From an uncultured Gammaproteobacteria bacterium (GTDB lineage: Bacteria; Patescibacteriota; Patescibacteriia; UBA9934; GWF2-40-263), in NCBI GenBank assembly GCA_964399675.1, contig CAYNRK010000006.1:1886-65885 (forward strand): a stretch of DNA of 64,000 nucleotides, given 5' to 3'. The notes under the pieces were generated by a model. The model was not told the origin of the DNA. It worked only from the letters and a program-made list of their open reading frames with translations, and made no database searches. The position numbers and the translations under genes are program-made. Each line of letters begins with the position of its first letter. Position 1 is the stretch's first letter. Shown in pieces: positions 1-10,280 of this stretch.

Positions 1-1259
1 CTTACTAAAAGTTCCTCTGCTCTCATTGGCTCAGCCATCACATCTTTAACCACTTTTTCCATTCTGGCAGACTGGGAACCTTTGATCAAAACTATATCAC
101 CTTTATTAATTTCTCTATCAAGCCACCGCCCGGCTTCCACAGGATCTTCAAAGTGTTCTGTATGATCCTTAGGAATCCCTGCTTCAATTGCGCCACGGCG
201 AATATCGCGCGACATCTCTCCAACTGTTAGCAACAAATCTGTTCCTGCCTCAGCTGCTCGCATCCCAAGCATTCTGTGCTCCTCCTCTGTGTATTGTCCA
301 AGCTCGGCCATGTGTCCTAAAACAGCAATCCGTTTTGCACTTTCCTCAGGTGAAAATGCATTAAGCACTTCAAGAGCCGCTGCCATAGAAGCCGGTGCTG
401 CGTTATAAGAATCATCCAAAATTAACGAACCTTTAATACCGGGGATCGGCATCATTCTGCCTGGTTCATGTTTCACTTTATTAACCGCACGCGAAATTTT
501 ATCATTTTCAATACCAAAATGTTTTGCAACAGCAATTGCCGCAAGAATGGACTTAACCGCTGCTTTGCCTAAGATATTATGAATCTCAAGATTTATTGTG
601 TTATGTGCTGAAGTTTCTACCGTAACATTAACAGTTGAAAATTGTTCGCCGGGCTCAAATGAAAAGTCCTGTCGAGTTGATAACTGATAATCAACCGCTT
701 TAACATCAGCGCTTGCAGAAAATCCAAACTTCACAATAGGCGCGTGTGCATGTTTTGATGCACCAATAATTCTCTTATCATCGCCATTTAAAACTACAAG
801 TCCATTATCCGGTACATACTCAAGTAGGTGTGCTTTTTCTTCCAACAGTTCATTAACGGAACGAAAGTTCTCAACATGAACAGGAGAAATTTCTGTCATG
901 ACCGCAACGTTTGGCTGAGCGATTTGACCCAGATAACTCATGTCACCGGGATTATCAATTCCATACTCAAGAACAAAAACTTGTGGAACTTTTTTTGGTT
1001 TTAGAAAGAGAACTCTTAACCAGCCAAAAATTGATCTACCGGGCGACTTACAACCCAGAATCGTCAGTGGAACACCAAACTCGTTATTGTAATTTTCAAT
1101 AGTAGTTCCAACTGTAAATTTTTGTGACATAAGCGCCACAATGGCATTTCTGGTTGAAGTCTTGCCAACTGACCCTGTAACAGCAATCACGATTGGCTTA
1201 TGCTCTTGGATCAGTTTTATTGCCTTTTTTCTGATTTGTTCTTGAATGAGTTTTTTCAT
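1..1259 (-). CDS. murF: UDP-N-acetylmuramoyl-tripeptide--D-alanyl-D-alanine ligase (runs off window start)
   Basis: Manual translation from ATG at 1259: MKKLIQEQIRKKAIKLIQEHKPIVIAVTGSVGKTSTR. Later motifs LDDSYNAAPASM, AVLGHMAELG and IKGSQSARM. Lies downstream of a PBP gene. Confidence 0.9.
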   Translation of the reverse strand, partial: MKKLIQEQIRKKAIKLIQEHKPIVIAVTGSVGKTSTRNAIVALMSQKFTVGTTIENYNNEFGVPLTILGCKSPGRSIFGWLRVLFLKPKKVPQVFVLEYGIDNPGDMSYLGQIAQPNVAVMTEISPVHVENFRSVNELLEEKAHLLEYVPDNGLVVLNGDDKRIIGASKHAHAPIVKFGFSASADVKAVDYQLSTRQDFSFEPGEQFSTVNVTVETSAHNTINLEIHNILGKAAVKSILAAIAVAKHFGIENDKISRAVNKVKHEPGRMMPIPGIKGSLILDDSYNAAPASMAAALEVLNAFSPEESAKRIAVLGHMAELGQYTEEEHRMLGMRAAEAGTDLLLTVGEMSRDIRRGAIEAGIPKDHTEHFEDPVEAGRWLDREINKGDIVLIKGSQSARMEKVVKDVMAEPMRAEELLV

Positions 1260-1294
1260 ATCTTTGAATGATTTGTCATCTCCAAGAATTATTC

Positions 1295-1386
1295 TGTCAT
1301 CTCGACTAAGCGAGCAAAGCGAGCGCACGGAGAGATCTCGCATATTCGAGATCCCTCGGCTCGGCTTTGCCTCGCTCGGGATGACA
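1295..1386. repeat. Palindromic REP-like element, family A (TGTCAT...ATGACA), copy 1
   Basis: Terminal inverted TGTCATCTCGA...TCGGGATGACA with internal GAGATCTCG/CGAGATC arms. Similar copies at 34254 and 35904. Confidence 0.8.
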
Positions 1387-1409
1387 CAATGATACGGTAT
1401 TACAATTTA

Positions 1410-3182
1410 TTATTCTAAATTTCTTACTGGAGGAATCTCAAAGTACTGTAGCAGAAATTCGGCCAAATCCCCAAACAATGGAGCGGCCGTAGATTCTGCC
1501 CATATAACATCTTTTGGATTATCAATTCTTACAATCATTGCAAACTTTGGATTTTCAACAGGACCAAATCCGACAAATGAACCAATTGTGTAATCCTCGC
1601 TATACCCTATTCCGTCTTTTTTCGGCACCTGCGCGGTTCCTGTTTTCCCTGCAATATAATATCCATCAACACCTGCCCGACGCCCATGCCCGCGTTCAAT
1701 CACAGAAACCAACATGGCACCTAACAGACGAGAAGTTTTTGAATCAATAACTTGGGCAATGTCTTTGGAAGAAGTTTTCTCAATTGTTCCATCAGAATGA
1801 CGAACCTCCTCAACAATGTATGGACGTTTAAGCACGCCCCCATTGGCAATCGCGGCAAAGGCTGAAACTATTTGAATTGGTGTTGTTGTGATCCCTTGTC
1901 CAAATGTAGCTGTGGCTGAATAAATCTCTGATTCATTTTCAAGAGAAGAAACATCTCCGGTAAGTTCTTTTTCAAGTTCTATCTCAGTTTTTTTTCCAAA
2001 TCCAAATTTGGAAACATATTCTTTAAACACATCTGTACCCATTTGTCGCATTGAAAAAATCATCCCTGTATTAATTGATTCTTCCAAAACCTTTGTCATA
2101 TCAACCAACCCATAAGATTTACCTTCTGCGTTTCCCAAAGGCTTTGGCCAACCATCAACCATAACGGATCCGGTGTCTTTAAACTGTGTTGTTGGAGTTA
2201 CTGCTTCAACATCAAGCGCAGCTGCCATGGTTATTGGTTTAAAAATTGAACCAGGCTCATAAGCATCAAAAATAGCCGGATTGTTAAATGAATTGATATC
2301 ATCGATTTCAAAATAAGTATTTGGATCAAAATCAGGCGCACCGCACATGGCTAAAATTTTTCCAGAATGCGGTTCCATAATAATGACAGATCCGGAATCC
2401 GCACCGTGTTTTTTAACGGATTTTTCAAGTGTTGAGCAGGCTTTGTATTGAATAGTGCGATCAAGAGTCAATACCAAATCAACACCATCAACAGCAGGTT
2501 CAATAGACCGCTCAGCAACAGCAATAAGTCGCCCGGCAATGTCGCGCTCAGATTGAATAAATCCTGTTGTGCCGGCAAGAAGTTTGTTGAAATATCCCTC
2601 AAGCCCATATTTCCCGGACTTGGAACCATCTTCATTTGAACCCAAAAAACCAATCACATGTCCGCTCATAAAAGGTTCGGGATAGATGCGAGTTTCCTCT
2701 CGAACATAATTTATACCGGGCAAATCTAATTCCAGAAGTTTTGCAAGCAATTCATCTGAGACTTCTCGTTCAATAGGTTCATAAGGATCGTCCTTTTGAT
2801 CTAAACGTTTTTCAAGCGCCTCGATCTTGTCAATATCATAATCAAAAATCTCAGCAAGTGCCTCTGCAGTGTCATCTGCTCGATCAATGTGTCGCGGATC
2901 AGCGTAAACAAAAGCGAGACGCTGGTTGGTTGCAATTGGAACCAACTTTTCGTCTTTAAGATCGTGAATGTAAATGCTGCCGCGTTCAGGATTTAATTCT
3001 TGAAAAATCTCATGTTGTCCGCTTGCAACAGCTTCATAAAAACCATGATCAATTACTTGTAAAATAATTAAACGAATTCCAATTGCACACGCAAACAAAA
3101 GTACGCATATTCGAAATGCTTCAATGCGCCAATCATTTGATTTCGATTGTTTTTTCTTCCAGCTCGGTTCTCTTTTACTCAT
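1410..3182 (-). CDS. ftsI: Class B penicillin-binding protein (FtsI/PBP2-like transpeptidase)
   Basis: N-terminal TM helix, RGSIY dimerisation-domain motif, EPGSIFKP (SxxK), SIN (SxN) and KTGT motifs. Confidence 0.85.
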   Translation of the reverse strand: MSKREPSWKKKQSKSNDWRIEAFRICVLLFACAIGIRLIILQVIDHGFYEAVASGQHEIFQELNPERGSIYIHDLKDEKLVPIATNQRLAFVYADPRHIDRADDTAEALAEIFDYDIDKIEALEKRLDQKDDPYEPIEREVSDELLAKLLELDLPGINYVREETRIYPEPFMSGHVIGFLGSNEDGSKSGKYGLEGYFNKLLAGTTGFIQSERDIAGRLIAVAERSIEPAVDGVDLVLTLDRTIQYKACSTLEKSVKKHGADSGSVIIMEPHSGKILAMCGAPDFDPNTYFEIDDINSFNNPAIFDAYEPGSIFKPITMAAALDVEAVTPTTQFKDTGSVMVDGWPKPLGNAEGKSYGLVDMTKVLEESINTGMIFSMRQMGTDVFKEYVSKFGFGKKTEIELEKELTGDVSSLENESEIYSATATFGQGITTTPIQIVSAFAAIANGGVLKRPYIVEEVRHSDGTIEKTSSKDIAQVIDSKTSRLLGAMLVSVIERGHGRRAGVDGYYIAGKTGTAQVPKKDGIGYSEDYTIGSFVGFGPVENPKFAMIVRIDNPKDVIWAESTAAPLFGDLAEFLLQYFEIPPVRNLE

Positions 3183-4392
3183 ACAAAATATCTAACCCAA
3201 ATCCAAAGAGTGATCCCCTTCCAGTAGGACTTCTCCCGGCAAGCACTTCCTCACCATCTGAAATTCCATCCCCATCTGTATCTGGATTGTTTGGATTAGA
3301 CCTATAAAAAATTTCTAAAATGTCTGTAAGCCCATCTCCATCCGCATCAAAATTTGCCTCAACTTTTTGTACTGGCAAACGCACATTAACTGAAGATATT
3401 ATATTTTGATTTAAACGAGATACGGAAGATTGTGTTAAAGCTTCCGGTAGGTTTGCTAAAATCGTTGCTAAAATATCTTTGAATTTAATAGGTTGTTCTG
3501 GTTTCTTAACAGTGACTGATTTATTAAATTCAGAAAGCTCAACTTTGATATCAATTGGAACAAGATCAGATGATGCTTCTGTTGTAAAAGCACCTGCTGC
3601 TTGAACGCGATACAATAAATGGTCCTCAACACCGATCCACAATCTCATTGTTAACCGTTCCAATTGTGCAGCACGACGATTTACAAAAAGACGTTCAGCA
3701 TCTGTTGGCTCTCTACCTTCTTTTGCTCGAACCAGATCTAACAAAAACGACTGTAATGCTTCTTTATCAAATCGCGCATCCAAAATTCTTACTTTCTTTT
3801 CATCTATTGTTTCTGTTAGACCATCAAACGTAACTAAGAAAATGTCAGCGAATCTTAAAACATAACGAAAACGTTCGATTGCTTTTGGCGTCCAAACAGA
3901 TGTTGATGTTGATGCTTCCATTGGTAAATCAATCCCTGGTAGGATTGATCCCCAGGATCTAAGCTCGCCTGGCTCAAAAACAATCCAGGTTTCTTCTTTT
4001 TCAAATTCCACTCCAGAAATTTCCGGTGCTGGTGCACGATAGGTTAGATAAATCTTTTGGTCTTTTGAACGAATCTCGCCGGAAAGGTCTGTAAAGTTTT
4101 CAGTTCTTGTTAAATGCTTAGCATCAAATGTTGTTTTATGCTCAATCTTGGTTAGATCAGAAATGTAAACATCTGATGTTGTGAAAACGGTTGTAATATC
4201 CCGAACAGCATCTCCTTGACGCGTCCAACCAAACAAAGATTCCTGATGAAAACTTTCAAGCTCAGACATGGCAATCAACATTTTCTTCATCTCCACTTCC
4301 GGATGAAATTCAGAAAACACAACCCAAGATGCAAATGTTACAGATAACACCACTGCCACGCCAATTAAAATAAAAATAAGGCTTTTATGCAT
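3175..4392 (-). CDS. Membrane-anchored protein with C-terminal thrombospondin type 3-like Ca-binding repeat
   Basis: Likely start [11 protein letters not shown] (TM). C-terminal DADGDGLTD...[18 protein letters not shown]. The longer ORF start at 4482 lies inside repeat B. Confidence 0.7.
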   Translation of the reverse strand: MHKSLIFILIGVAVVLSVTFASWVVFSEFHPEVEMKKMLIAMSELESFHQESLFGWTRQGDAVRDITTVFTTSDVYISDLTKIEHKTTFDAKHLTRTENFTDLSGEIRSKDQKIYLTYRAPAPEISGVEFEKEETWIVFEPGELRSWGSILPGIDLPMEASTSTSVWTPKAIERFRYVLRFADIFLVTFDGLTETIDEKKVRILDARFDKEALQSFLLDLVRAKEGREPTDAERLFVNRRAAQLERLTMRLWIGVEDHLLYRVQAAGAFTTEASSDLVPIDIKVELSEFNKSVTVKKPEQPIKFKDILATILANLPEALTQSSVSRLNQNIISSVNVRLPVQKVEANFDADGDGLTDILEIFYRSNPNNPDTDGDGISDGEEVLAGRSPTGRGSLFGFGLDILYE

Positions 4393-4553
4393 GAGACCGT
4401 TGAAATACTCCAGTGCGAGGTCAAAGTGAGGAATTTTTTTCAGAGATCGTTTCAGGATGACGAGGCGATATGGACATATCATTGAGGAATCATAAAACGA
4501 TCTCTGGGAAAAATAACCGCTTTGGAGCCGTGCTGGAGTATTTCAACGGTCTC
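4393..4553. mobile_element. 161-bp MITE/RPE-like palindromic element, family B, copy 1
   Basis: 21-bp perfect terminal inverted repeat GAGACCGTTGAAATACTCCAG...CTGGAGTATTTCAACGGTCTC. Closely similar copy at 15517-15677. Confidence 0.85.
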
Positions 4554-4587
4554 CATAGCCCTATTTTACCTTTTTGTATCGATTTCG

Positions 4588-5028
4588 TTAAATTTCTGAA
4601 ATATCATCTTCTGAGAGAATTTTTCCAAAATACACACCAGCCTCTCCGGTATTCTCATTGCTTATCAAACGCAATGTTTGACCGTCTTTTGATTGATAGT
4701 CTGTAAACAAATAACGATCATCCTCTTCTGTTTCTGAATCGCCTTCAATTGCAGTTACGTTACCTGCATCCTCGTAATTAAATTCGAATTCCTTTCCCTG
4801 ATACAAAATCACATCAGATGGTTCAACCTCGTCGTGAACGCGATCAAAAAGGATAAGTTCCTCGGTATCAGGCGCAACAGAAAGAAGTCCTTCATTATCA
4901 TTGTAAAGCCAAAATATTTTTGTTCCATCATCAAGCGTTACTTCTGCACGGCCCATGTATTGGAACGGTTGATTTAAAACGCTGACTGATTCGCCAAGCT
5001 CTGTTAAAAGAAGTTGTGAAATATTCAT
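4588..5028 (-). CDS. Acidic hypothetical protein (DUF4178-like)
   Basis: Beta-rich acidic ORF with YQGKEFEFNYEDAG and YLFTDY...GQTL pattern. Family call tentative. Confidence 0.5.
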   Translation of the reverse strand: MNISQLLLTELGESVSVLNQPFQYMGRAEVTLDDGTKIFWLYNDNEGLLSVAPDTEELILFDRVHDEVEPSDVILYQGKEFEFNYEDAGNVTAIEGDSETEEDDRYLFTDYQSKDGQTLRLISNENTGEAGVYFGKILSEDDISEI

Positions 5029-5209
5029 AAATTGAATCACCGGAGAAATTCCTCCTTAGTTTTGTATTCTTCGCCGATTATACTCACAAGTTGAAAATAA
5101 GTAAATCCTGTTTTCCCCAAATTTTTTTATTTTCAAATATGTGTAATTTTTTGACTATTTTTAGCCAAAACCACTTATCCTTCCGAAGCTCCAAAGGAGC
5201 GAAGGAGGG

Positions 5210-5238
5210 TTGACAAAAGTGCATTTTTGTGGTATCAT
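5210..5238 (+). promoter_or_regulatory. Sigma70 promoter of GC-rich orphan gene
   Basis: TTGACA-17 bp-TATCAT with TG in the extended -10 position. Confidence 0.75.
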
Positions 5239-5272
5239 TTTGCGTCATCCTGATTTCGATTGGGATACGCTC

Positions 5273-5361
5273 TGGGCCTTGGTCGAGCTCAACTCGACCT
5301 TGTAGCCCACTTTCCAACCGGGTCTTGTCGAGCTCAGCTCGACTCAGTGCCCCTTTCCAAC
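5273..5361 (+). repeat. Tandem duplicated hairpin in 5' leader
   Basis: Two ~43-46 nt units GGG(C/T)CTTG(G)TCGAGCTCA(A/G)CTCGAC-N-GCCC(A)CTTTCCAAC, followed directly by AGGAGG and ATG. Confidence 0.8.
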
Positions 5362-5372
5362 AGGAGGAGACC

Positions 5373-6170
5373 ATGGGTCTTCGAACCAACGAGCGACTGG
5401 ATGACCTATGCACCACCGGGAGCTTGCTCTGGGAGCACGTCAAGGATCCGAGAGAGCCCGGACGAGACGGCCTGCTCAAGCGCGCGTTCCGTGTCGCGGA
5501 GTACAGGAACGTCGTGATCGAGCTGCCGGCCGGCGCCGTCGTCGAGCTGGTTGACACCGAGTTCGAGGGTGCCGGCACCTACTTCCACACCGAGGTCTTC
5601 GGAGTCAATCTGCACTTCCGGGACGGGCTCAAGCCCACGGCTGGTGAAGTCGTGATCTGCGACGTCCAGATCTACCTCGAGACCTGGGAGCCGGACTGGA
5701 GCGAGTTGAGCGAGGCCGAGCGGCGCAGGAGGCGTGGCTATCGGAACTACAAGTTCAAGCTCAACGCGACCCCGTGTGCCAAGTCGGACGCCCAGGCAAG
5801 GATGCGCTTGCACATCCGTGACGTGAACGCGGATGGCTACACGCGCATGCACAAGGACATCACAGGGGACGGAGAGCGCTTCGCGCACATGTCCCCGGAC
5901 TGGAAGCCGGACGGCTCCAAGCCCTGGGCCAGGAACCAGGACCTCCAGCTCCTGCAGATCCGGACCAAGGCCGGCAAGGGCGGTGGCAGTGGCAAGGCCG
6001 ACAAACCGGAGACCAAGGCCGGCAAGGGCAAGGGCAACGGCAAGGACAAGCCGCCGCAGAGGACCGAAGCCCAGGTCGTGCGTGAGGTCGACGGCGAGGC
6101 CAGGACGTCCATGCGCGACCTCTTGCGCAACGTCGTCCTTCCCACCACGACCACCCCCTCGGGCTCCTGA
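5373..6170 (+). CDS. GC-rich orphan protein (265 aa) with Lys/Gly-rich C-terminal region
   Basis: AGGAGG RBS at 5362-5367, ATG 5373, strong G/C third-position bias, own promoter and terminator. No family recognised. Confidence 0.8.
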   Translation: MGLRTNERLDDLCTTGSLLWEHVKDPREPGRDGLLKRAFRVAEYRNVVIELPAGAVVELVDTEFEGAGTYFHTEVFGVNLHFRDGLKPTAGEVVICDVQIYLETWEPDWSELSEAERRRRRGYRNYKFKLNATPCAKSDAQARMRLHIRDVNADGYTRMHKDITGDGERFAHMSPDWKPDGSKPWARNQDLQLLQIRTKAGKGGGSGKADKPETKAGKGKGNGKDKPPQRTEAQVVREVDGEARTSMRDLLRNVVLPTTTTPSGS

Positions 6171-6237
6171 GCCGCAAGGCTCTTCCCGCAAGGGATCTGA
6201 CGCCGCCAGCAACTCTCGCTGGCGGCGTCTTAATTTT
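6169..6237 (+). terminator. Two GCAA-tetraloop hairpins followed by intrinsic terminator
   Basis: GAGCC-GCAA-GGCTC, TCCC-GCAA-GGGA, then GACGCCGCCAGC-7nt-GCTGGCGGCGTC-TTAATTTT. Confidence 0.75.
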
Positions 6238-6254
6238 CAAAAATTTTCCATCAA

Positions 6255-6371
6255 CCTCCGACGAACCCCCAGGCCACCACCAACAGGTACGTTGTATAAT
6301 TTCGCCAGCACGAGCGAAGCGAGTCTGCCGAAATTATACAACGTGACTGTCCCCCATAATTCTCTACGAAG
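6255..6371. repeat. ~120-bp dispersed hairpin element, family C, copy 1
   Basis: CCTCCGACGAAC...ACAGGTACGTTGTATAATTTCG-CCAGCACG..CTG-CCGAAATTATACAACGTGACTGTC...TCTACG(A/G)AG. Copies at 44603 and 48174. Confidence 0.85.
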
Positions 6372-6441
6372 TCTGCCCGCAGCTCAGCTGCGGGCAGACT
6401 TTTCTAACCCCCCCCTTAATCCCCCCTTGAAAAGGGGGGAA
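6370..6441. repeat. Short GC-rich palindrome plus CCCC...GGGG REP-like element
   Basis: AGTCTGCCCGCAGCT-C-AGCTGCGGGCAGACT, then CCCCCCCTTAATCCCCCCTTGAAAAGGGGGGA (similar copy at 56408). Confidence 0.7.
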
Positions 6442-6447
6442 CTTCGA

Positions 6448-6957
6448 TTAAATCTTATACAAATACAAATTTGGTGAACCTTTGATCTCGTCAACTTTTA
6501 CAGAATCCCATTCAGGAATTGGCCAAACATAACTTACAACTTTGGTGCCCGGCTTTAACTCCTTTTCCAACTTTGGTTTAATTTTTTTGTAAGTTTCAGG
6601 CATTAAAAAAAGATAGACTGCTGTGTAGTCAGAAAGATCATGAGCAAATGCATTTGATAAAACTATTCTTACTTGACTATGTTTTCCAAAAAAATTCTGA
6701 AACTTTCCAATTAAAACTTGCAAAATGGAAAGCTCCACTCCGGTCGAAGCTGCGCCTGTATTTTTTGAAAGATGCCTGCAAACCCTGCCGTTTCCGCAAC
6801 CTAACTCAACAAACCGATCGTCTTTATTAAGTTCTAACAAATTCTCAATACGTTTTAAATCACGTTTCCACGTTGGCACCCATGGCGCTCCTGAAATCCC
6901 AGCGTATGCTGCTGAGATAAGTAGAATCATGAATATAACAAAAAGAAAAGTCCACAT
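6448..6957 (-). CDS. Membrane-anchored class I SAM-dependent methyltransferase
   Basis: N-terminal TM, GAPWVPT, ELGCGNG motif I, VYLFL and LKPGTKVVSY. Confidence 0.85.
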   Translation of the reverse strand: MWTFLFVIFMILLISAAYAGISGAPWVPTWKRDLKRIENLLELNKDDRFVELGCGNGRVCRHLSKNTGAASTGVELSILQVLIGKFQNFFGKHSQVRIVLSNAFAHDLSDYTAVYLFLMPETYKKIKPKLEKELKPGTKVVSYVWPIPEWDSVKVDEIKGSPNLYLYKI

Positions 6958-7040
6958 AATAAACAAGAATAACACAGGTTCACTTGATCGATAAGATCAT
7001 TTCGTTTATCATCTTTATCATTAAACTTAAAAATAAAATC

Positions 7041-7778
7041 ATGAAACCTTTTTTGATATTACAACTAAGACCTGAAAACCCAACATCTGATAATGAATTT
7101 GAGGCAATTGTAAATTTTAGCGGCCTTGATGAATCAGAAACTCATAGAATTAGAATGGAACAAGGTGGTCTGCCAGAAATAAATCTTAATGATTATTCTG
7201 GAATCATTGTTGGAGGCGGGCCATGGAACGTAAGCGATGATCAATCAAAAAAATCTAAAGAACAAAAAAACGCAGAAGTTTGGCTTGATAAATTAATTGA
7301 TGAAGTTATTGAAAAAGATTTTCCATTTCTTGGAGCTTGCTATGGATTTGGTGCGCTGGCCATAAAAAATAACGGCGTGGTAAATAAGGAACAATACACT
7401 GAGGAACCTAGTGCTATTGATATTACACTGACAGATGAAGCAAAAAACGACCCTTTGTTGCAAGGGCTTCCTGAAACATTTCGCGCAATGGTTGGTCACA
7501 AAGAATCTTGTCAAAAACTTCCTGAAAATGCTGTCTGGCTTGCCAGGGCTGAGGCATGTCCTTATGAAATGTTTCGTATTGGAAAAAATATTTACGCAAC
7601 GCAGTTCCATCCTGAACTAGAAACAGAGGGTTTTTGTCTTCGTGTTGAAATTTATAAAAATGCTGGCTATTTTCCACCAGAGGATGCTGAAAAATTAAAA
7701 GAAGAAGCAAGAAAAGAAAACATCATTGTGCCAATGATGCTATTAAAAAAGTTTATTGATACTTATCGATCTGAATAA
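7041..7778 (+). CDS. Class I glutamine amidotransferase (GuaA GATase-like, stand-alone)
   Basis: GGGP, GACYG nucleophile elbow and QFHPE. Confidence 0.88.
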   Translation: MKPFLILQLRPENPTSDNEFEAIVNFSGLDESETHRIRMEQGGLPEINLNDYSGIIVGGGPWNVSDDQSKKSKEQKNAEVWLDKLIDEVIEKDFPFLGACYGFGALAIKNNGVVNKEQYTEEPSAIDITLTDEAKNDPLLQGLPETFRAMVGHKESCQKLPENAVWLARAEACPYEMFRIGKNIYATQFHPELETEGFCLRVEIYKNAGYFPPEDAEKLKEEARKENIIVPMMLLKKFIDTYRSE

Positions 7779-8179
7779 TTAGAAATAAATCTAAAACAAG
7801 TTCCAATACAAATTGCTATAAGCAAAGAAATAATTGCTCTGACAACAAAAAATCTTACACTAAAATAATCTGCCTCAATAAAAAATCTTGCAGGGCCAAT
7901 AAGAGTCTGACCTGTAATAAACGCAGCAATTATACTCAATGGCATGCCTTTTTTATTAAGGTCTCTTAAAAGCGGAAGGTAAGCTAAAATTGGTCCAGGT
8001 GTTGCAACCCCAACAGCAGAAGCTTCAACAATGTTCTTTTCGTTTTCAACAAAAATTGCCTTTATCTTTTTTCTTGGCAAATAAACGCTAATAATTTGTG
8101 AAACAATAATCGCAATAATAACAACTGGCAAAATGTCAATGAAATTTTCTATTGCAGTTTTAAACAATTCAAAAATCAT
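7763..8179 (-). CDS. Small permease (ArsP/DUF318-like half)
   Basis: Hydrophobic ORF with GVATPGP..AYLP..L.KKG.P....AF pattern. Confidence 0.65.
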   Translation of the reverse strand: MIFELFKTAIENFIDILPVVIIAIIVSQIISVYLPRKKIKAIFVENEKNIVEASAVGVATPGPILAYLPLLRDLNKKGMPLSIIAAFITGQTLIGPARFFIEADYFSVRFFVVRAIISLLIAICIGTCFRFISNYSDR

Positions 8180-8589
8180 AAAAACATTTCAAGTAAGAAA
8201 CCACCAAGGGTTATGAAAATCACACTAAGAATCATTCTGGTGCTGTAAAATTTAATTCCAAAATATTTAATTTCCGCAATATCTCTAATAACAGACTCGC
8301 TAATTGTTTCTCCTGCAATCAATGCAAAAACAACTCCAAAAGAAGCCCCCTTTAAAAACAAAGCGTATGCAATTGGATATGTAACATATCTTGGAATTGG
8401 AAGAACTACTCCCAAAAACGCTGCTATTGGAATTGCAATCCAAACACTATTTCCAAGCAATATGTTCAAAGAACCTTCAGGTAAATATATTTCGATAATT
8501 GCCCCAGCAAAAACTGCAACAAAAAATATGGGCAAAATAAAACCCAATTCTTTTATGGACCCTGTTGCAATTGCTTTGACTTTACTCAT
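8176..8589 (-). CDS. Small permease (ArsP/DUF318-like half)
   Basis: IPIAAFLGVVLP...YPIA.AL..KGAS.G...A pattern. Overlaps partner gene by 4 bp. Confidence 0.65.
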   Translation of the reverse strand: MSKVKAIATGSIKELGFILPIFFVAVFAGAIIEIYLPEGSLNILLGNSVWIAIPIAAFLGVVLPIPRYVTYPIAYALFLKGASFGVVFALIAGETISESVIRDIAEIKYFGIKFYSTRMILSVIFITLGGFLLEMFL

Positions 8590-8607
8590 TAAACCATTAT
8601 ATCAAAT

Positions 8608-9600
8608 TTAATAATCTAGACCTTCTCTAGCCTTCACCCCTGAATAAAAATAATGATTTCGAAGTTTCATTTCAGTAACAAGATGAGCTGCATCTAAAAA
8701 CTCTTGCGGAGCATTGCGGCCGGTCATAATAAGCTCGGTTGTTTTTGGTTTAAGAGAAAGGATTTCTAACACTTCTTTAACTGACAGCATATTGAGATCT
8801 GTTGTTGAATTGATTTCGTCCATAATCACAAGATCATAATTTTGTTCAAACATTTTTTTGACTTCTTCCAGTCCCCGCCTTGCTTCTGCTTTATCAATGT
8901 CCTGAATTGAAAAATCAAACCTGCCGGTTTTTGGATCAATTCTGTCGCGGCCGGTTGCCAAATAATCAATTTTATTTTTTTCTAAAGCACTGCGCTCTGA
9001 GTAATGCGCTTCCCCACCCTTATCAAAATATACGATCCCAACTTTCTTTCCCGCACCTGTTGCGCGAATTGCTGTTCCCAAACTAGCAGTTGTTTTTCCT
9101 TTTCCATTTCCAGTATAAATTTGAATTAATCCGTAACCTTTGTGGCCTTTTATTGATTCTCCGGAACTTATTAACAAACCTTCACTCTCCTGAATTTTTC
9201 TTGCTGCTCGTGCGGGTTTCTCCTGAATGTCATCAGGTAAAGGCTTGCGAAGATCGATCCAGGTAAATTCATTGTGCTCGTGCGACAACTTAACCTCAAC
9301 ATCCTGAATTGGAAGAACGTAAAAAATTCCAATGATTGGTTCGTTTTCAACATCACCCTTAACTCCCCAAAGATCCACATGAACCGGTCTTGCATTTGTT
9401 GGATCGATTGTAATTCCAGTTTCCTCAAAGACTTCACGTTTCAGACAATCTCCTGGTTTTTCACTTTTGTCCATACGCCCGCCAGGCAATGTCCATTCTT
9501 TTGTCCGCCAATGCACACCTTCCCCACTTTCACGAATAAACAAAACTTTTCCTTGCGGATTCATTAGCAGTACTTTATTAGCAACGTATTTTTTTTCCAT
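8608..9600 (-). CDS. NUDIX hydrolase fused to cob(I)alamin adenosyltransferase (CobA/CobO/BtuR)
   Basis: N-terminal Nudix box GGRMDKSEKPGDCLKREVFEETG. C-terminal YTGNGKGKTTASLG, MDEI, TGRNAP, ADLVTEM-like and HYF.SGV.AREGLDY. Confidence 0.9.
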   Translation of the reverse strand: MEKKYVANKVLLMNPQGKVLFIRESGEGVHWRTKEWTLPGGRMDKSEKPGDCLKREVFEETGITIDPTNARPVHVDLWGVKGDVENEPIIGIFYVLPIQDVEVKLSHEHNEFTWIDLRKPLPDDIQEKPARAARKIQESEGLLISSGESIKGHKGYGLIQIYTGNGKGKTTASLGTAIRATGAGKKVGIVYFDKGGEAHYSERSALEKNKIDYLATGRDRIDPKTGRFDFSIQDIDKAEARRGLEEVKKMFEQNYDLVIMDEINSTTDLNMLSVKEVLEILSLKPKTTELIMTGRNAPQEFLDAAHLVTEMKLRNHYFYSGVKAREGLDY

Positions 9601-9679
9601 ATATTTCTTTTGCAAAGTGTAGCAAAAAACAAGCTTAAATTAAATCCACAACCACAATCTAATCTTACATACCAAATCA

Positions 9680-9707
9680 CATTTAAGTGACGGCCGTAAC
9701 TTAAATG
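9680..9707. repeat. 28-bp loopless palindrome
   Basis: CATTTAAGT-G-ACGGCCGT-A-ACTTAAATG (one mismatched pair). Confidence 0.75.
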
Positions 9708-9890
9708 AAACTTTTAAAATTTTTTAAATTCAAAATACTCTCCCTTCCATAAACGGTTGGGAGATTTTTGTTGAGTTTTGAAATCCGTGGGCCTGGCGTA
9801 GTGCGTTGTACGGGACCATACGTAATACCTGTGGAGTAAACACAGAAAATAAGATACGCTGGTGATGACATTTTTTAATAATCACAGCGT

Positions 9891-10280
9891 ATGACAATAG
9901 CAATAGATGTTTCAATATTAGAATTATTTCTACCAAAAGGAACCATGGACTGGTTCGATATTGTAGAAAGTAAAAACACAGACAATGAAGTCTGTATTAT
10001 TTTAGAAGAAAAAAATATACCACCGCTTTTACCAGAACAGAAAGATAAAAAAATAACCTCAAAAGGTTTTTACAGCATCACCATTACAGACTTTCCAATA
10101 AGAGGAAAAAGGACGTCGCTCACATTTAGGCGTAGAAGATGGAGGGTTGAAGGCCAACAAGAACTTCTCAAACGAGACATTCAGCTCTGTGCTCCGGGAA
10201 CACAGCTTGAAAAAGAATTTGCTTCTTTTTTAAAAGAACAAAGCGGAGAAGTCCGCCATCTCTTTGACGAGTATTGCTGA
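9891..10280 (+). CDS. ISL3/ISAon1 transposase N-terminal region protein
   Basis: SKGF...ITDFPIRGK......RRRRW and EFASFLK motifs. Confidence 0.85.
   Translation: MTIAIDVSILELFLPKGTMDWFDIVESKNTDNEVCIILEEKNIPPLLPEQKDKKITSKGFYSITITDFPIRGKRTSLTFRRRRWRVEGQQELLKRDIQLCAPGTQLEKEFASFLKEQSGEVRHLFDEYC

Noticed and set aside
5084-6477. Multiple long overlapping ORFs (e.g. 5406-6212 minus, 5833-6477 plus)
   Set aside because: Expected shadow ORFs of GC-rich DNA. Only 5373-6170 has a promoter, RBS, GC3 bias and terminator.
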